Source of the DNA: Chloroflexota bacterium
GTDB taxonomy: Bacteria; Chloroflexota; Dehalococcoidia; UBA2979
NCBI GenBank assembly: GCA_027593235.1
Contig: JAQCIU010000006.1
Span: 59,063-123,062 of the forward strand
Length of the DNA stretch: 64,000 nt
Direction: 5' to 3'
In this document: piece by piece, positions 10,170-20,853 of the stretch
Position numbering within the stretch: position 1 is the stretch's first letter
Layout: each line of letters starts with the position of its first letter
Notes under the pieces: model-generated
What the model was told of the DNA's origin: nothing
What the model saw: the letters and a program-made list of their open reading frames with translations, nothing else
Database searches by the model: none
Program-made: the position numbers and the translations under genes

Positions 10170-11066
10170 TTACCCGGCGTCGACGAGCGTCGCGCCGGTC
10201 GTGCTCATCCGCGTCACCCGCGTCTCGGTCTCCAGGCCGTGCGAGGCCGCAACCTCGCGCATCGCGCCCGCGACCTCCTCGGCCTCCGCCTCGCGCGCGA
10301 ATGCCGCGACGGTGGATCCGCCGCCGGACAGGTACACGCCCGGTGCCCCCGCGTCGCGAGCGGCCTGGAACAGTGCGTACATCGCCGGGAACAGCGTCGA
10401 CCGCGCCGGTTGGTGCAACACGTCCTCGGTCGCCGTCCCCAGCAACTGGTAGCGCCCCTGTGTCAGCGCGCCCACCAGCAGTGCGGCACGGCCGATGTTG
10501 TGTACCGCCTGGTTCCGCGTCAGCCGTTCCGGGAGCCGCTTGCGCGACTCCTCCGTCGGCATCGAAAACTGCGGAATCAGCAGCACCAGGCGCAGGTCGT
10601 CGGGCGGATCAATCCCCAGGTGGACGATCCGGTCGTCATCCTCCACCACGACGCGCAGGCCGCCAAACATCGCCGGAATGATGTTGTCGCCGTGCCCCTC
10701 CAGTCGAAACGCCAGCGGGACCAGTGCCTCGTAGTCTTGCCCGCCACCAATCAGCACGTTCGCCGCAATCAGCCCTGCCGCGCGCGCAGCGGCGGAAACG
10801 CCCAGGCCGCGCCCAACTGGTACGTCGCCCTGGTAACTCACGCTCAGCCCGCCGGGAGAGGCCACCCCGGCCTGTTGGTACAGCGAGAGCGCCGCGCTCG
10901 CCGCCATCTGCTCAATCGGCCCCTCCGGCGCGGGGACGCTCTCGTCGCTGGCCGTGATCGCGTAGCGCGCCGTCCAGTCGAGGGCGATGCCAAGGCTGTC
11001 GAAGCCCGGCCCAAGGTTGGCCGAGGTCGCAGGGACGTCAACGGTGACAGTCTGTGTTGGTGCCAT
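10170..11066 (-). CDS. thrB: Homoserine kinase
   Basis: VPATSANLGPGFDSLG, PVGRGLGVSA, EGHGDN, LSGGGST; start set at MAPTQ. Confidence 0.95.
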   Translation of the reverse strand: MAPTQTVTVDVPATSANLGPGFDSLGIALDWTARYAITASDESVPAPEGPIEQMAASAALSLYQQAGVASPGGLSVSYQGDVPVGRGLGVSAAARAAGLIAANVLIGGGQDYEALVPLAFRLEGHGDNIIPAMFGGLRVVVEDDDRIVHLGIDPPDDLRLVLLIPQFSMPTEESRKRLPERLTRNQAVHNIGRAALLVGALTQGRYQLLGTATEDVLHQPARSTLFPAMYALFQAARDAGAPGVYLSGGGSTVAAFAREAEAEEVAGAMREVAASHGLETETRVTRMSTTGATLVDAG

Positions 11067-11226
11067 GTACGCGAGTCTAGGAAGTGGCGTGATCAGCAGC
11101 AAACATCAAGCCCAATCGCGCAAGGTTCTGATGACCGCGCAACCTTGGGCGTGAGATTACTTCACGTATACTTTTGATCTTGAAGCGACGCGCGACCGTC
11201 CACGGAGGCGGTCGAAGGGGGTCCCC

Positions 11227-12402
11227 GTGGAAGATATCGTCCTCACGAGTGGCGTGCGTACGGCCATCGGCACGTTTGGCGGCTCGTTGAGCGAAACCTC
11301 CGCCTCCGACCTCGCCGCGCACGTCATCCGCGAAGCGGTCAAGCGCGCCGGCATCGCCCCCGAGCACATCGATCAGGTCATCCTCGGTTGTGTCGGCCAG
11401 GTCGCCGAGGACGGGTACATCGCCCGCCATGCCTCCGTGAAGGGCGGCATGCCGATCAGCACCCCGGCTTACACCGTAAACCGCATCTGCGGCTCCGGCC
11501 TCGAAGCCATCAATAACGCCGCCCGCTGGCTCGAAACCGGCGATGCCGAGGTCGTCGTCGCAGGCGGCGCCGAGAACATGAGCATGATGCCGTTCCTCCT
11601 TCGCAAGGGACGCTATGGCTACAAGTACGGCCACAACACCCTCGAAGACGCCACCATGCACCTGCTCACCGACCCCTTCGAGAGCATCCTCATGGGCGAA
11701 ACCGCCGAGAACCTCGCCGAACGTTACGAGGTCTCGCGCGAAATCCAGGACGAGTACTCGCTCCGCTCGCAAGAGCGCGCCCTCCACGCCATCGAAGCCG
11801 GCTACTTCACCGAGCAGATCGCTCCCCTCGAGGTCCGCAAGGGCCGCGACACCATCACCTTCGACACCGACGAGCACCCCCGTGCCAGCTCGATGGAAGT
11901 GCTCGCCAAGCTCCGCCCTGTCTTCCGCGAGGGCGGCAGCGTCACCGCCGGCAACTCCTCGGGCATCAACGACGGCGCCGCCGCCGTTGTCGTCACCACC
12001 GCCTCCAAGGCCCGCGAACTCGGCATGAAGCCGCGTCTGCGACTCGTCGCTCGCGCCGAGTCCGGCGTCGACCCGTCGATCATGGGCAGCGGTCCGATCC
12101 CCGCCATCGAGAAGGTCATGGCCAAGTCCGGCCTCACCGTCGAAGACATGGACGTGATCGAACTCAACGAGGCGTTCGCCTCGGTCACCACCGCCTGCTC
12201 GGCCGTGCTGAACCTCCCGCTCGACAAGACCAACCCCAACGGCGGCGCGATCGCCCTCGGCCACCCCGTCGGGGCGACCGGCGCGATCCTCACCGTGAAG
12301 GCCATGCACGAGCTGGAGCGCACCGGCGGCCGCTACGGCCTCGTCTCGCTCTGCATCGGCGGCGGCCAGGGCATCGCCACCATCTTCGAGCGCATCAGCT
12401 AG
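11227..12402 (+). CDS. Acetyl-CoA C-acyltransferase (thiolase)
   Basis: NRICGSG, NEAFA, GGAIALGHPVGATG, CIGGGQG. Confidence 0.96.
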   Translation: MEDIVLTSGVRTAIGTFGGSLSETSASDLAAHVIREAVKRAGIAPEHIDQVILGCVGQVAEDGYIARHASVKGGMPISTPAYTVNRICGSGLEAINNAARWLETGDAEVVVAGGAENMSMMPFLLRKGRYGYKYGHNTLEDATMHLLTDPFESILMGETAENLAERYEVSREIQDEYSLRSQERALHAIEAGYFTEQIAPLEVRKGRDTITFDTDEHPRASSMEVLAKLRPVFREGGSVTAGNSSGINDGAAAVVVTTASKARELGMKPRLRLVARAESGVDPSIMGSGPIPAIEKVMAKSGLTVEDMDVIELNEAFASVTTACSAVLNLPLDKTNPNGGAIALGHPVGATGAILTVKAMHELERTGGRYGLVSLCIGGGQGIATIFERIS

Positions 12403-12441
12403 CCAACGCCGGCGGTTCCCCGCCTCCGAGGCCAGACGAAC

Positions 12442-12470
12442 AGACACCGCCCAATGGGCGGTGTCTTGCT
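12442..12470. terminator. Hairpin terminator between convergent thiolase and tmk
   Basis: Perfect inverted repeat AGACACCGCCCA/TGGGCGGTGTCT. Confidence 0.7.
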
Positions 12471-12512
12471 ACCCGGCGCACTCCCGAGGCCCGCGCCGTC
12501 CCCGGCCATCGG

Positions 12513-13166
12513 TCAGGCCAGCCCGCGACCTTCGAGGTCACCGTGCAGCCGCGCCCAGACGCGCTCCGTCACCTCGCTCGCCGGCAGCGTTCCATCGAGG
12601 ACCAGCCACCGCTCCGGCCCCGCCGCCGCGAGCGCCGCGAACCCGGCGCGAACGCGCTCGTGGAACCCGCCTTCGGCCCGTTCGAGGTAGTCGTCGGCTC
12701 CGGCGCGCCGTGCGTGCCCAACCGCCGGCTCCAGATCCAGCAGCACCGTCAGATCCGGCGTCAGCCCATCCGTTGCGATCGCGATTGCCGCCGCCACCAC
12801 GTCCGCGGGCAGGCCCCGCCCGTACTGCTGATAAGCGACCGTCGAATCCGCGAAGCGATCGCAGATCACCAGCGCGCCGCGGTCCAGCGCCGGCCGAATC
12901 AGCTCCGCCACCAGTTGCGCGCGCGAGGCCGCGAACACCAGCAATTCCGCCCGCTCGTCGGTTTCACCGTCTGCCGAGGTCAGCAGCGCCGAGCGCAGTC
13001 GTTCGCCGAGCGCGGTCCCCCCCGGCTCACGCGTCGTCACCGTCTCGATCCCGAGCGCGCGCGCCCGCTCGGCCAGCGCCGCGAGCTGCGTCGACTTGCC
13101 GGCGCCCTCGCCGCCTTCGAGCGTCACGAACCAGCCGCGTGCGTGGCGCGGAGCCTCCGAGGGCAT
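12513..13166 (-). CDS. tmk: Thymidylate kinase
   Basis: FVTLEGGEGAGKST, TREPGG, CDRFADSTVAYQ. Confidence 0.96.
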   Translation of the reverse strand: MPSEAPRHARGWFVTLEGGEGAGKSTQLAALAERARALGIETVTTREPGGTALGERLRSALLTSADGETDERAELLVFAASRAQLVAELIRPALDRGALVICDRFADSTVAYQQYGRGLPADVVAAAIAIATDGLTPDLTVLLDLEPAVGHARRAGADDYLERAEGGFHERVRAGFAALAAAGPERWLVLDGTLPASEVTERVWARLHGDLEGRGLA

Positions 13167-13168
13167 CG

Positions 13169-14827
13169 TCACACCTGCGGCGGCCACGGCGCGGCGCCCA
13201 CAGGCGTGGCGCCCAGCGGCGTGCCGTCCGAGACGACCACGACCCGTCGGAACGGTTCACGACCGCGCGAGGTGCTGGTCAGCCCGTAGCGCTCCGCCAC
13301 CTCGTGCTGCAGCCGCCGGATGTAGGCGTTCTGCGGCGACAGCTCCACGCTCGACGCGCCGCCGTGCGAGATGCTCGCGACAGCGTCCTCCGCCTCGCGC
13401 AACGCCGCCGTCAGCGGATCGACCTCCATGTCGCTCCCGCGCATCGCCAGCAACTGCCGCTCCATCTGCGATGCCGTGTTGTTCCGCAGCACGTAGATCG
13501 GGATCCCCCGCTGCTCAGCGCGGCGCAGCGGGCCGCTGCGGCGGCGGTAGTACGGCCGCAGCGTCATCACGCAGTCCGCGTCGTCCACCGAATCAACGAT
13601 CGCCGCCGCCGATCGCGTCGAGGCGATCGCACCCTCTAACCGTGAACGGCTCACCCCGAACGGCAAGATCTTCTTCGCCGGACCGCCGGGGGCCGGTGGC
13701 AGTTCCTGCCAGTCGCTCTCGTCCACCGTCGCGCGTTGAGGCGCGCTCGTCACCCGGTCATCCGGCCGCAGTGGCATCCGATGCACCGTCTGGACGACCC
13801 CGTCCTCCAGTTCGCGCACCTCGGCATCGGCCTCGTATCCGCGCAACAGCGCGTCCACCGTGCCCGCGACGTCCTCGTGCACCGCCACCCGATCGAACGA
13901 CTGGATCTCCACCAGGCAATCGAAGGTCGGCGGGTTCCGCCGCTCCAGGATCGTCTTCTGCGTCCCCCGGCGGCGCGCCTCGTCATCCCCGAGGGTCACC
14001 GATTCGATCCCGCCGATCAGATCGGACAGCGTCGGGTTCTGCATCAGGTTCGCCAGCGTATTGCCGTGCGCGGTCCCCACCAGTTGCACGCCTCGCTCCG
14101 CGATCGTGCGCGCCGCCTCCGCCTCAAGGCCCGTGCCGATCTCGTCGATCACGATCGCCTCGGGCGTGTGGTTCTCCACCGCCTCGATCATCACCCGGTG
14201 CTGCAGCTCCGGTCGGCCCACCTGCATCCGCCGTGCGCGCCCGATCCCCGGGTGCGGGATGTCGCCGTCACCGCCAATCTCGTTCGAGGTGTCCACCACC
14301 ACCACGCGCTTGTTGAAGTCGTCGGCCAGCGTCCGCGCCACGTCGCGCAGCATCGTCGTCTTGCCAACGCCGGGCGGGCCGAGCAGCAGGATGCTGTGCC
14401 CGGACTCCACCAGGTCACGGACCGCGCTCGCCGAACCGGACACGCTTCGCCCCACGCGGCAGGTCAGACCCACGATTCGGCCGCGGCGGTTGCGGATCGC
14501 CGAGACGCGATGCAGCGTCCGCGGGATCCCGGCACGGTTGTCCTCGCCGAACTCGGAGAGCTGCGCGACCGTCTGCTCGATCTCCTGCTCCGTCACCTCG
14601 CCGTCGTCCAGCGTGATCTCGGCGCCGGCCCGGTAGCGCGCCGTCGGCACCCGGCCCACATCGAGGATCACCTCGATCAGCCCAGACATGCCGTGCTCGC
14701 GCACCGCACCCTGCACCCGCAGCGGCAACCGGCCGATCAGCAGATCGATCTCCTCCCGTTCCTCATCGGAGATCACAACCGCTTCCGGTTGCACCGCCTC
14801 GGATTGGTCGGCTTCGACTTCGTTCAC
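13169..14827 (-). CDS. SpoIIIAA/Ycf45-like AAA ATPase with C-terminal R3H domain
   Basis: GPPGVGKT, DTSNEIGG, IDEIGT, GTAHG; 'PQNAYIRRLQH' R3H motif. Confidence 0.9.
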   Translation of the reverse strand: MNEVEADQSEAVQPEAVVISDEEREEIDLLIGRLPLRVQGAVREHGMSGLIEVILDVGRVPTARYRAGAEITLDDGEVTEQEIEQTVAQLSEFGEDNRAGIPRTLHRVSAIRNRRGRIVGLTCRVGRSVSGSASAVRDLVESGHSILLLGPPGVGKTTMLRDVARTLADDFNKRVVVVDTSNEIGGDGDIPHPGIGRARRMQVGRPELQHRVMIEAVENHTPEAIVIDEIGTGLEAEAARTIAERGVQLVGTAHGNTLANLMQNPTLSDLIGGIESVTLGDDEARRRGTQKTILERRNPPTFDCLVEIQSFDRVAVHEDVAGTVDALLRGYEADAEVRELEDGVVQTVHRMPLRPDDRVTSAPQRATVDESDWQELPPAPGGPAKKILPFGVSRSRLEGAIASTRSAAAIVDSVDDADCVMTLRPYYRRRSGPLRRAEQRGIPIYVLRNNTASQMERQLLAMRGSDMEVDPLTAALREAEDAVASISHGGASSVELSPQNAYIRRLQHEVAERYGLTSTSRGREPFRRVVVVSDGTPLGATPVGAAPWPPQV

Positions 14828-15786
14828 GCACCACCCCCGCTTGGGACATGCATTCCGGCCCGAACCGGCACGCTGGCCAGCACCGGGCGCGCGGTTCGTC
14901 GACAGAGTTGGATGTACTCGTCCTCGGGCGTCAGCCCCGCGGACGCCAGCTCTCGCTCCACCGCGCCCAGACAGCGCGGCACCAGCGCATGCACTTCGCG
15001 AGCCTCGGCCTGTTCCATCACCGCGGCCATCAACGCTCGTGCCGTCGCCTCGTCATCGGGCGCGACCAGCAGTTCAAGCTGCACGCGGTCATGTTGATCA
15101 TGGAACGCCGCGAGCCCGCTGACTACCCCATCGCGCTCCGCGACCAGTTCCGTGCCCCCGCGCAGCCACCGCCGGTCGCGCACGGATGACCACTCCTCGC
15201 GCGTCATCCCCAGTAGCGCCCGCGCCTCCACCGGCACGGATCGCCCGTAGAGCTGGAACACCGCCAGGTCGTCGCTCTCGTGGATCGGGCGCACCGCCAC
15301 CGTCGAGGCCGCCGGCGCCACCGTCGGCGTCCCGCGCCAGATCCGCTCCAGCAGCGCCGGTCGGAACCCGGCCCGCGTCGCTGCCTCCCGGCTCGGAGCA
15401 TCCAGCGCCAACCGCAGCAACAGGTGCGTCACGCTCGCGCGCGCTCCCGCCTCCACCGCCTGGTTCAGCAGGTCCTTCACCACGGAATCGCTGTCCGCGT
15501 CACCGGCTGCATCGATCAACGTATCGATCATCCAGGCGCTCTTCGCGTTCAGATCACGCGCCGTCGCGATGCCGCGTACCTCGCGGCCATCGACGTTGAT
15601 CCACATCCGGCGCCCCAGGTGCAGCCACTGCGCCAGCGCCACGTTCAGCGGTCGCGTCCTCTGGGGGTCGGGGTCGCTCAGGCCTTCCAGCGTCACCGCC
15701 TGGTTCCGCCGCACCTCATCGTCGAACGTGACGAGGGCCACCAGATCGGTGGGTCGTGCGGCGTGGCTGTGTGGCTCGGACGTCAC
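14824..15786 (-). CDS. Hypothetical protein, probable tandem GNAT-like fold
   Basis: Overlaps both neighbours; 'VRPIHESD', 'LVAERDGVVSG', 'ATRAGF' resemble GNAT segments. Confidence 0.65.
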   Translation of the reverse strand: MTSEPHSHAARPTDLVALVTFDDEVRRNQAVTLEGLSDPDPQRTRPLNVALAQWLHLGRRMWINVDGREVRGIATARDLNAKSAWMIDTLIDAAGDADSDSVVKDLLNQAVEAGARASVTHLLLRLALDAPSREAATRAGFRPALLERIWRGTPTVAPAASTVAVRPIHESDDLAVFQLYGRSVPVEARALLGMTREEWSSVRDRRWLRGGTELVAERDGVVSGLAAFHDQHDRVQLELLVAPDDEATARALMAAVMEQAEAREVHALVPRCLGAVERELASAGLTPEDEYIQLCRRTARPVLASVPVRAGMHVPSGGGA

Positions 15787-16406
15787 GTCGCTTGCCCCTC
15801 CGCGACCGCCTCCTGCACCAACGCCACAAACAGCGCGTGCATCCGTGCATCTCCCGTGATCTCCGGGTGGAAACAGGTCGCCATCCGGCGCCCGTCTCGC
15901 ACCGCGACGATCCGCCCGTCCTCCAGCCGCGCCAGCACCTCGACGCCCGGCCCCACCTCGGTGATCACCGGCGCGCGAATGAAGACCGCGTGGAACGGGC
16001 CGTCATCGAGGCCGCCCACCGCCAGATCCGTCTCGAACGAGTTCACCTGCGTGCCGAACGCGTTCCGCTCCACCGTCATCGCCAGCCCACCGACCGAGGG
16101 CCGGTCGAGCCCGGGAACGTGCGCCGCCAGCAGAATCGCGCCCGCGCAGGTGCCCCAGACGGGCAACCCGGCGGCGATGCGCTCCCGCAGTGGCTCCATG
16201 AGGTCGAACGCCAGTAGCAGCCGCGCGATCGTCGTGCTCTCACCACCCGGGATCACCAGGCCCTGGACCGCGTTGAGCTGCTGCAGCGTGCGGACCTCGG
16301 AGGTCACGGCGCCAGCCTCACGCAGCATCGAGGCGTGCTCCTCGAAGTCCCCCTGGAGGGCGAGCACGCCGATGTGAACAGACGTCAGGGGTGGGGCAAT
16401 CGCCAT
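15783..16406 (-). CDS. pdxT: PLP synthase glutaminase subunit
   Basis: GVLALQGDFEEH, IPGGEST, GTCAG, FIRAP, FHPE. Confidence 0.96.
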   Translation of the reverse strand: MAIAPPLTSVHIGVLALQGDFEEHASMLREAGAVTSEVRTLQQLNAVQGLVIPGGESTTIARLLLAFDLMEPLRERIAAGLPVWGTCAGAILLAAHVPGLDRPSVGGLAMTVERNAFGTQVNSFETDLAVGGLDDGPFHAVFIRAPVITEVGPGVEVLARLEDGRIVAVRDGRRMATCFHPEITGDARMHALFVALVQEAVAEGQAT

Positions 16407-16416
16407 CCGCTGGTGG

Positions 16417-17373
16417 TTAGTTCCCCCGCCGGGCGAGCTGAGCCTCAATCGGAATCGACGCCACCGATTCGCCGCGCATCGCGGCGCCCAGGCCGCGCGA
16501 CACCTCGGCGATCAGCTTCGCATCGCGGAAGTGCGTCACCGCCTTCACGATCGCCTCGGCGACCGCTTCCGGCCTGTCCGACTTGAAGATGCCGGAGCCC
16601 ACGAACACACCCTCGGCGCCCAGTTGCATCATCAGCGCCGCGTCCGCGGGCGTCGCCACGCCACCGGCGGAGAAGTTCACCACCGGCAGGCGACCCAGTT
16701 GCTTCACCTCGCGGACCAGGTCCAGTGGCGCCTGCAGGTTCTTCGCCGCCGTCGGCAACTCGTCGTCGGACATGTTCTGCAGACTGCGAATCCCGCCCCA
16801 GAGCTGTCGCATGTGACGCACTGCCTCAACGATGTCGCCCGTGCCAGCCTCGCCCTTGGTGCGAATCATCGCGGCGCCCTCGGCAATGCGGCGAAGCGCC
16901 TCGCCCAGGTCACGGCAACCGCACACGAATGGCGCGCGAAACTGGTGCTTGTCGATGTGGTTCTGGTCGTCCGCGGGCGTCAGTACCTCGGACTCGTCGA
17001 TGTAGTCGATCCCCAACGCGTCGAGGATCTGCGCCTCAACGAAGTGGCCGATCCGCGCCTTCGCCATCACCGGGATGGTCACGGCCTGCTGGATCTCCTG
17101 GATCTTCTCCACTTGGCTCATCCGCGCGACGCCGCCCTCTTTGCGGATGTCCGAGGGAACGCGCTCCAGTGCCATCACGGACACCGCGCCCGCTTCCTCG
17201 GCGATCTTCGCCTCGGCCGCGGTGGTGACGTCCATAATCACGCCACCCTTCAGCATCTGCGCCAGGCCAGCCTTCACACGCCAGGTAGCCGTTTCGCCGC
17301 CGGCCGCGGCGTGACCGTTGTCAGTGCCGGGCGAGTTCGAGGCTGGCGTTCCGTTGCTACCGCTGGTCGTCAT
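16417..17373 (-). CDS. pdxS: PLP synthase lyase subunit
   Basis: [34 protein letters not shown]. Confidence 0.97.
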   Translation of the reverse strand: MTTSGSNGTPASNSPGTDNGHAAAGGETATWRVKAGLAQMLKGGVIMDVTTAAEAKIAEEAGAVSVMALERVPSDIRKEGGVARMSQVEKIQEIQQAVTIPVMAKARIGHFVEAQILDALGIDYIDESEVLTPADDQNHIDKHQFRAPFVCGCRDLGEALRRIAEGAAMIRTKGEAGTGDIVEAVRHMRQLWGGIRSLQNMSDDELPTAAKNLQAPLDLVREVKQLGRLPVVNFSAGGVATPADAALMMQLGAEGVFVGSGIFKSDRPEAVAEAIVKAVTHFRDAKLIAEVSRGLGAAMRGESVASIPIEAQLARRGN

Positions 17374-17507
17374 AACGCTCCCTTGGACCGATGCTGCATT
17401 CAGGCAAATATTGTAGCGCCCACCTGCTGCTTCACACTCACGCCCCGCCCGCCGTTTCGGGGAATCAGGGTCGCGGCTGGACTGGCCAAGGCGCTACGCT
17501 GACGGCA

Positions 17508-18092
17508 ATGGTCACCGTGGGCGATTCGCCCTGGCTCGCGACACACCACCTCGACGGCGACGCGCTGATCGGGCTCATCTCCGATACCCATATCCCGGAG
17601 GCGCGCTCGACCCTCTTCGACGAGGTCTACGAGGCGTTCCGCGGCGTTGACCTGATCCTCCACGGCGGCGACATGCACGACGTCGTCGTCCTCGACTGGC
17701 TCCAGGCGATCGCGCCCGTGATTGGCGTCCGCGGCAACGGTGACGATGGCTCCAGCGGCCGCCCGGTCGCGCCGGACGATCCGCGGCTCGCGCACAACCA
17801 GCTCATCCAGGTCGGTGGCAAACGCATCGGCATGACCCACGCGTTCCCGGAGTTCCCCTACCTGGGCTCCATGTCGCTGGACGACGCCATGCAGCGGTAC
17901 TTCGAGGGCCCCGTCGACATCGTCGTCGCCGGCGACACCCACGTGCCGCACGTCACCTGGCGCGAGGACGTGCTGATCGTGAACTCGGGCTCGCCCACCT
18001 ACCCTCGCAACCTGCAAACCCAGCTAGGCACGATCGGATTCCTCGAGATCCGGAATGGCGGCGTCGATGCGTGGATTGAACAACTCCACTAG
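17508..18092 (+). CDS. YfcE/MJ0936-family metallophosphoesterase
   Basis: ISDTH, HGGD, RGNGD, TH, GDTH, NSGS; start set at MVTVG. Confidence 0.9.
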   Translation: MVTVGDSPWLATHHLDGDALIGLISDTHIPEARSTLFDEVYEAFRGVDLILHGGDMHDVVVLDWLQAIAPVIGVRGNGDDGSSGRPVAPDDPRLAHNQLIQVGGKRIGMTHAFPEFPYLGSMSLDDAMQRYFEGPVDIVVAGDTHVPHVTWREDVLIVNSGSPTYPRNLQTQLGTIGFLEIRNGGVDAWIEQLH

Positions 18093-18131
18093 CGCAGCGC
18101 CCCAACCCGGCGCACGCGTGGGGTCCGGCTG

Positions 18132-18296
18132 ATGGATCGCGCCAACCTCATCGTTGCGATGCTCTCCGCCCTCGTTGGCGTCATTGCCCTCGGCATGGCC
18201 CTGAGCAGTGGCCGCCTGGTCAACCTCAGCAGCGTCCTCGGACTTGTCCTGCTCGCCAACGCCTTCGTGCGATTCCAGCTCGCGAGGGAACGTTGA
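18132..18296 (+). CDS. Small two-TM membrane protein (54 aa)
   Basis: Hand translation MDRANLIVAMLSALVGVIALGMALSSGRLVNLSSVLGLVLLANAFVRFQLARER; GC3-rich codons; below ORF-track cutoff. Confidence 0.65.
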   Translation: MDRANLIVAMLSALVGVIALGMALSSGRLVNLSSVLGLVLLANAFVRFQLARER

Positions 18297-18443
18297 TCCC
18301 CGCTCGCCGGCCGTCCCCCAGCACCGGTGGCGACGCCCGCGACACCCGCGGCAGCGCCCGGGAGGCTATGCATGCGTCGGCGGTCCTGACACGCTGTGTC
18401 GGCGCCGCTTCGCGGGCGCACCGGCAGACACCGGGGGACTCAC

Positions 18444-18908
18444 GTGACCGCTGACCCGCTTCGTGCTCGTTCCTTCCTCGTCCCACTGGACGGCGGCGAA
18501 GCCGCCTACGGCGCACTCGTCGCCGCTTGCGAGGTCGCGCGCAAGACCAAGGCCTCCGTCTCCGCCATCTACATCATCGAGGTCCCGCGATCGCTCCCCC
18601 TCGATGCCGATCTCGTCGCCGAAGGCCAGCGCGGTGAGGAGATCCTCGAACACGCCGAATCACTCGCCGCCTCCCATGACATCCACCTCGAAGGCGATCT
18701 CGTCCAGGCGCGCCAGGCCGGACACGTCATCATCGACGAAGCCGTCGAACGTGGCGCGGATACGATCGTGATCGGCCTTCCTTACAATCGCCCCTACGGT
18801 CGCTTCGCACTGGGCAGCCTGACCGACTACGTGCTCGAACACGCGCCCGGCTTCGTCTGGCTGATCCGCTACCCCATCTCGGAAAACAAGGCCGCCGCCT
18901 CAAACTGA
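18444..18908 (+). CDS. Universal stress protein
   Basis: FLVPLDG, ADTIVIG, 'FALGSLTDYVLEHAP'. Confidence 0.9.
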   Translation: MTADPLRARSFLVPLDGGEAAYGALVAACEVARKTKASVSAIYIIEVPRSLPLDADLVAEGQRGEEILEHAESLAASHDIHLEGDLVQARQAGHVIIDEAVERGADTIVIGLPYNRPYGRFALGSLTDYVLEHAPGFVWLIRYPISENKAAASN

Positions 18909-18922
18909 ACTGAGGGTCATCG

Positions 18923-19345
18923 ATGAACGTGGTGATTATGGGATGTGGACGGGTCGGCTCCAGCGTCGCGACGCGCCTCGCCGAGGAGGGCCATACCGTC
19001 TCCATCGTCGATACCGATGCATTCGCCTTCTCGCGGCTTCCCAGCCAGTTCAAAGGCCGCCGCTTCCTCGGCTCCGGCAACGATCACCGCACCCTCGAAG
19101 CCGTCGGCATCCGCGAAGCGGACGCCTTCATCGCGCTCGCCTCGGGCGACAACCGCAACATCCTCGCCTCGCAACGGGCCAAGCACATCTTCGGGGTCAA
19201 GACCGTCGTCACCCGTGTGAAGGATCCGCAGCGTAGCGAACTCTTCGCACAGCTCGGGCTCCAGACCTTCAGCCCCACCACTATCGGCGCCGATCTGGCG
19301 CATGACGCCCTCTTCAACACCGCGGACAGCGGCAGCGAGGCCTAG
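18923..19345 (+). CDS. TrkA-family RCK_N-only protein
   Basis: VVIMGCGRVG, GIREADAFIA, DNRNI; no RCK_C domain. Confidence 0.9.
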   Translation: MNVVIMGCGRVGSSVATRLAEEGHTVSIVDTDAFAFSRLPSQFKGRRFLGSGNDHRTLEAVGIREADAFIALASGDNRNILASQRAKHIFGVKTVVTRVKDPQRSELFAQLGLQTFSPTTIGADLAHDALFNTADSGSEA

Positions 19346-19348
19346 TCC

Positions 19349-20023
19349 ATGTACATCATCGTGGTCGGAGGCGGCATCGTCGGGTACGGCATCGCCCTCG
19401 AGCTCCAGATGCTCCCGGGCCACGAGGTCACCATCGTCGAACGCGAGGACCGCCGCGCTCGCGAGCTGCGCGACGAACTCGGCGAAATGGTCGTCCACGG
19501 CGACGGTTCGGAGGTCGCCTTCCTCGAACAGATCGGCGCGGCGCGCGCCGATCTCCTGATCGCCGTCACCGCCGATGACGGCGCCAACCTCGTCGCCTGC
19601 CAGGTCGCAAAACACCGCTTCAACGTCGCCCGCACGATCGCCCGCGTTAGCGACCCGCGCAACGCGGAACTGTTCCACCTCCTCGGGATCGACTCCACCA
19701 TCTCCGCCGCCCAGGCCGTGATGGCACAGATCGAAACCACCCTCCCGGAACACACCGTCGTCCCGCTGATGAGCCTCGAGGGCTCCGGCCTCACCGTCGT
19801 CGATCTGCACCTCCAGGACGGCGCGCCCGCCGACGGCGTCGCAATCCGCGACATCCGCATGCCACCCAGCGCCCTCATCTCCCTCGTCGTCGGCGCGGAC
19901 GGCCCAATCGTCCCAGACGGCAACACCGTGCTCCACAGTGGTGACGAGGTGATCGCCGTGATCCCGCTCGACGCCGAAGAGAGCATGCGCGAGCTGATCA
20001 CCGGTCGACCGGCGGCAGGCTGA
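19349..20023 (+). CDS. trkA: TrkA-family potassium uptake regulator (RCK_N + RCK_C)
   Basis: IIVVGGGIVG, HGDG, IVPDGNTVLHSGDEV. Confidence 0.9.
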   Translation: MYIIVVGGGIVGYGIALELQMLPGHEVTIVEREDRRARELRDELGEMVVHGDGSEVAFLEQIGAARADLLIAVTADDGANLVACQVAKHRFNVARTIARVSDPRNAELFHLLGIDSTISAAQAVMAQIETTLPEHTVVPLMSLEGSGLTVVDLHLQDGAPADGVAIRDIRMPPSALISLVVGADGPIVPDGNTVLHSGDEVIAVIPLDAEESMRELITGRPAAG

Positions 20024-20853
20024 TGCGCCTCGCCCACCTCGGACCCGCCGGCACCTACGCCGAGGCCGCCGCACAGCGCTATCACCCGGACGCCGATCTG
20101 CTGCCCACCCGTACCTTCACCGCCGCCGCCGAAGCCGTCGATCGAGGTGAAGCCGACGCCGCCGTCTGCGCGATCGAGAACGCCCTCGAAGGCCCCATCG
20201 CCGAGACCCTGGCGATCCTCGTGCGCGACGACCTCCACCTCCAGATCAGCGGGGAGATCGTCCTCGCGATCCGCCACGCGCTCGTCGGCGCGCCCGGCCT
20301 CACGCTCGCGGACGTCAAGACCGTCTACTCGCACCCGCAGGCGCTCGCGCAGTGCCGGCGTCGCCTCGCGGAACTCGTCCCCGCGGCCCAGCCAGTCGCC
20401 GCGCTGTCCACCGCCGCCGCCATCGCCGCCGCCATCGAGGAGCCCGGCACCATCGCCGTCGGCAACCTCCGCGCCGCCGAGCTGTATGCCGCCCACTGCT
20501 ATGCCGACGACATCGCCGATCTTCCCAACAACCAGACCCGCTTCATCATCCTCTCCACCACCGAGGCAGCGCCCACCGGTGACGACAAGACCTCGCTCGT
20601 CTTCACCATGGCCCACGATCGACCGGGCTCGCTCGTCGAAGTCCTCCAGCCCTTTGCCGATCGTTCCATCAACATGACCAAGATCGAATCGCGCCCTACC
20701 GGCCTTCAGCTCGGTACCTACTTCTTCTTCGTCGACGTGCAGGGCCACCAGCAGCGGCCGGATGTCGCCGCCGCCATCGCCGAGGCCCGACCGCACACCC
20801 AGTGGCTCAAGGTGCTGGGCTCCTACCCTCGTTGGACCGGGAACGATGCCTGA
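20023..20853 (+). CDS. pheA: Prephenate dehydratase
   Basis: LGPAGTY, IENALEG, SHPQALAQC, NQTRF, TKIESRP. Confidence 0.95.
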   Translation: MRLAHLGPAGTYAEAAAQRYHPDADLLPTRTFTAAAEAVDRGEADAAVCAIENALEGPIAETLAILVRDDLHLQISGEIVLAIRHALVGAPGLTLADVKTVYSHPQALAQCRRRLAELVPAAQPVAALSTAAAIAAAIEEPGTIAVGNLRAAELYAAHCYADDIADLPNNQTRFIILSTTEAAPTGDDKTSLVFTMAHDRPGSLVEVLQPFADRSINMTKIESRPTGLQLGTYFFFVDVQGHQQRPDVAAAIAEARPHTQWLKVLGSYPRWTGNDA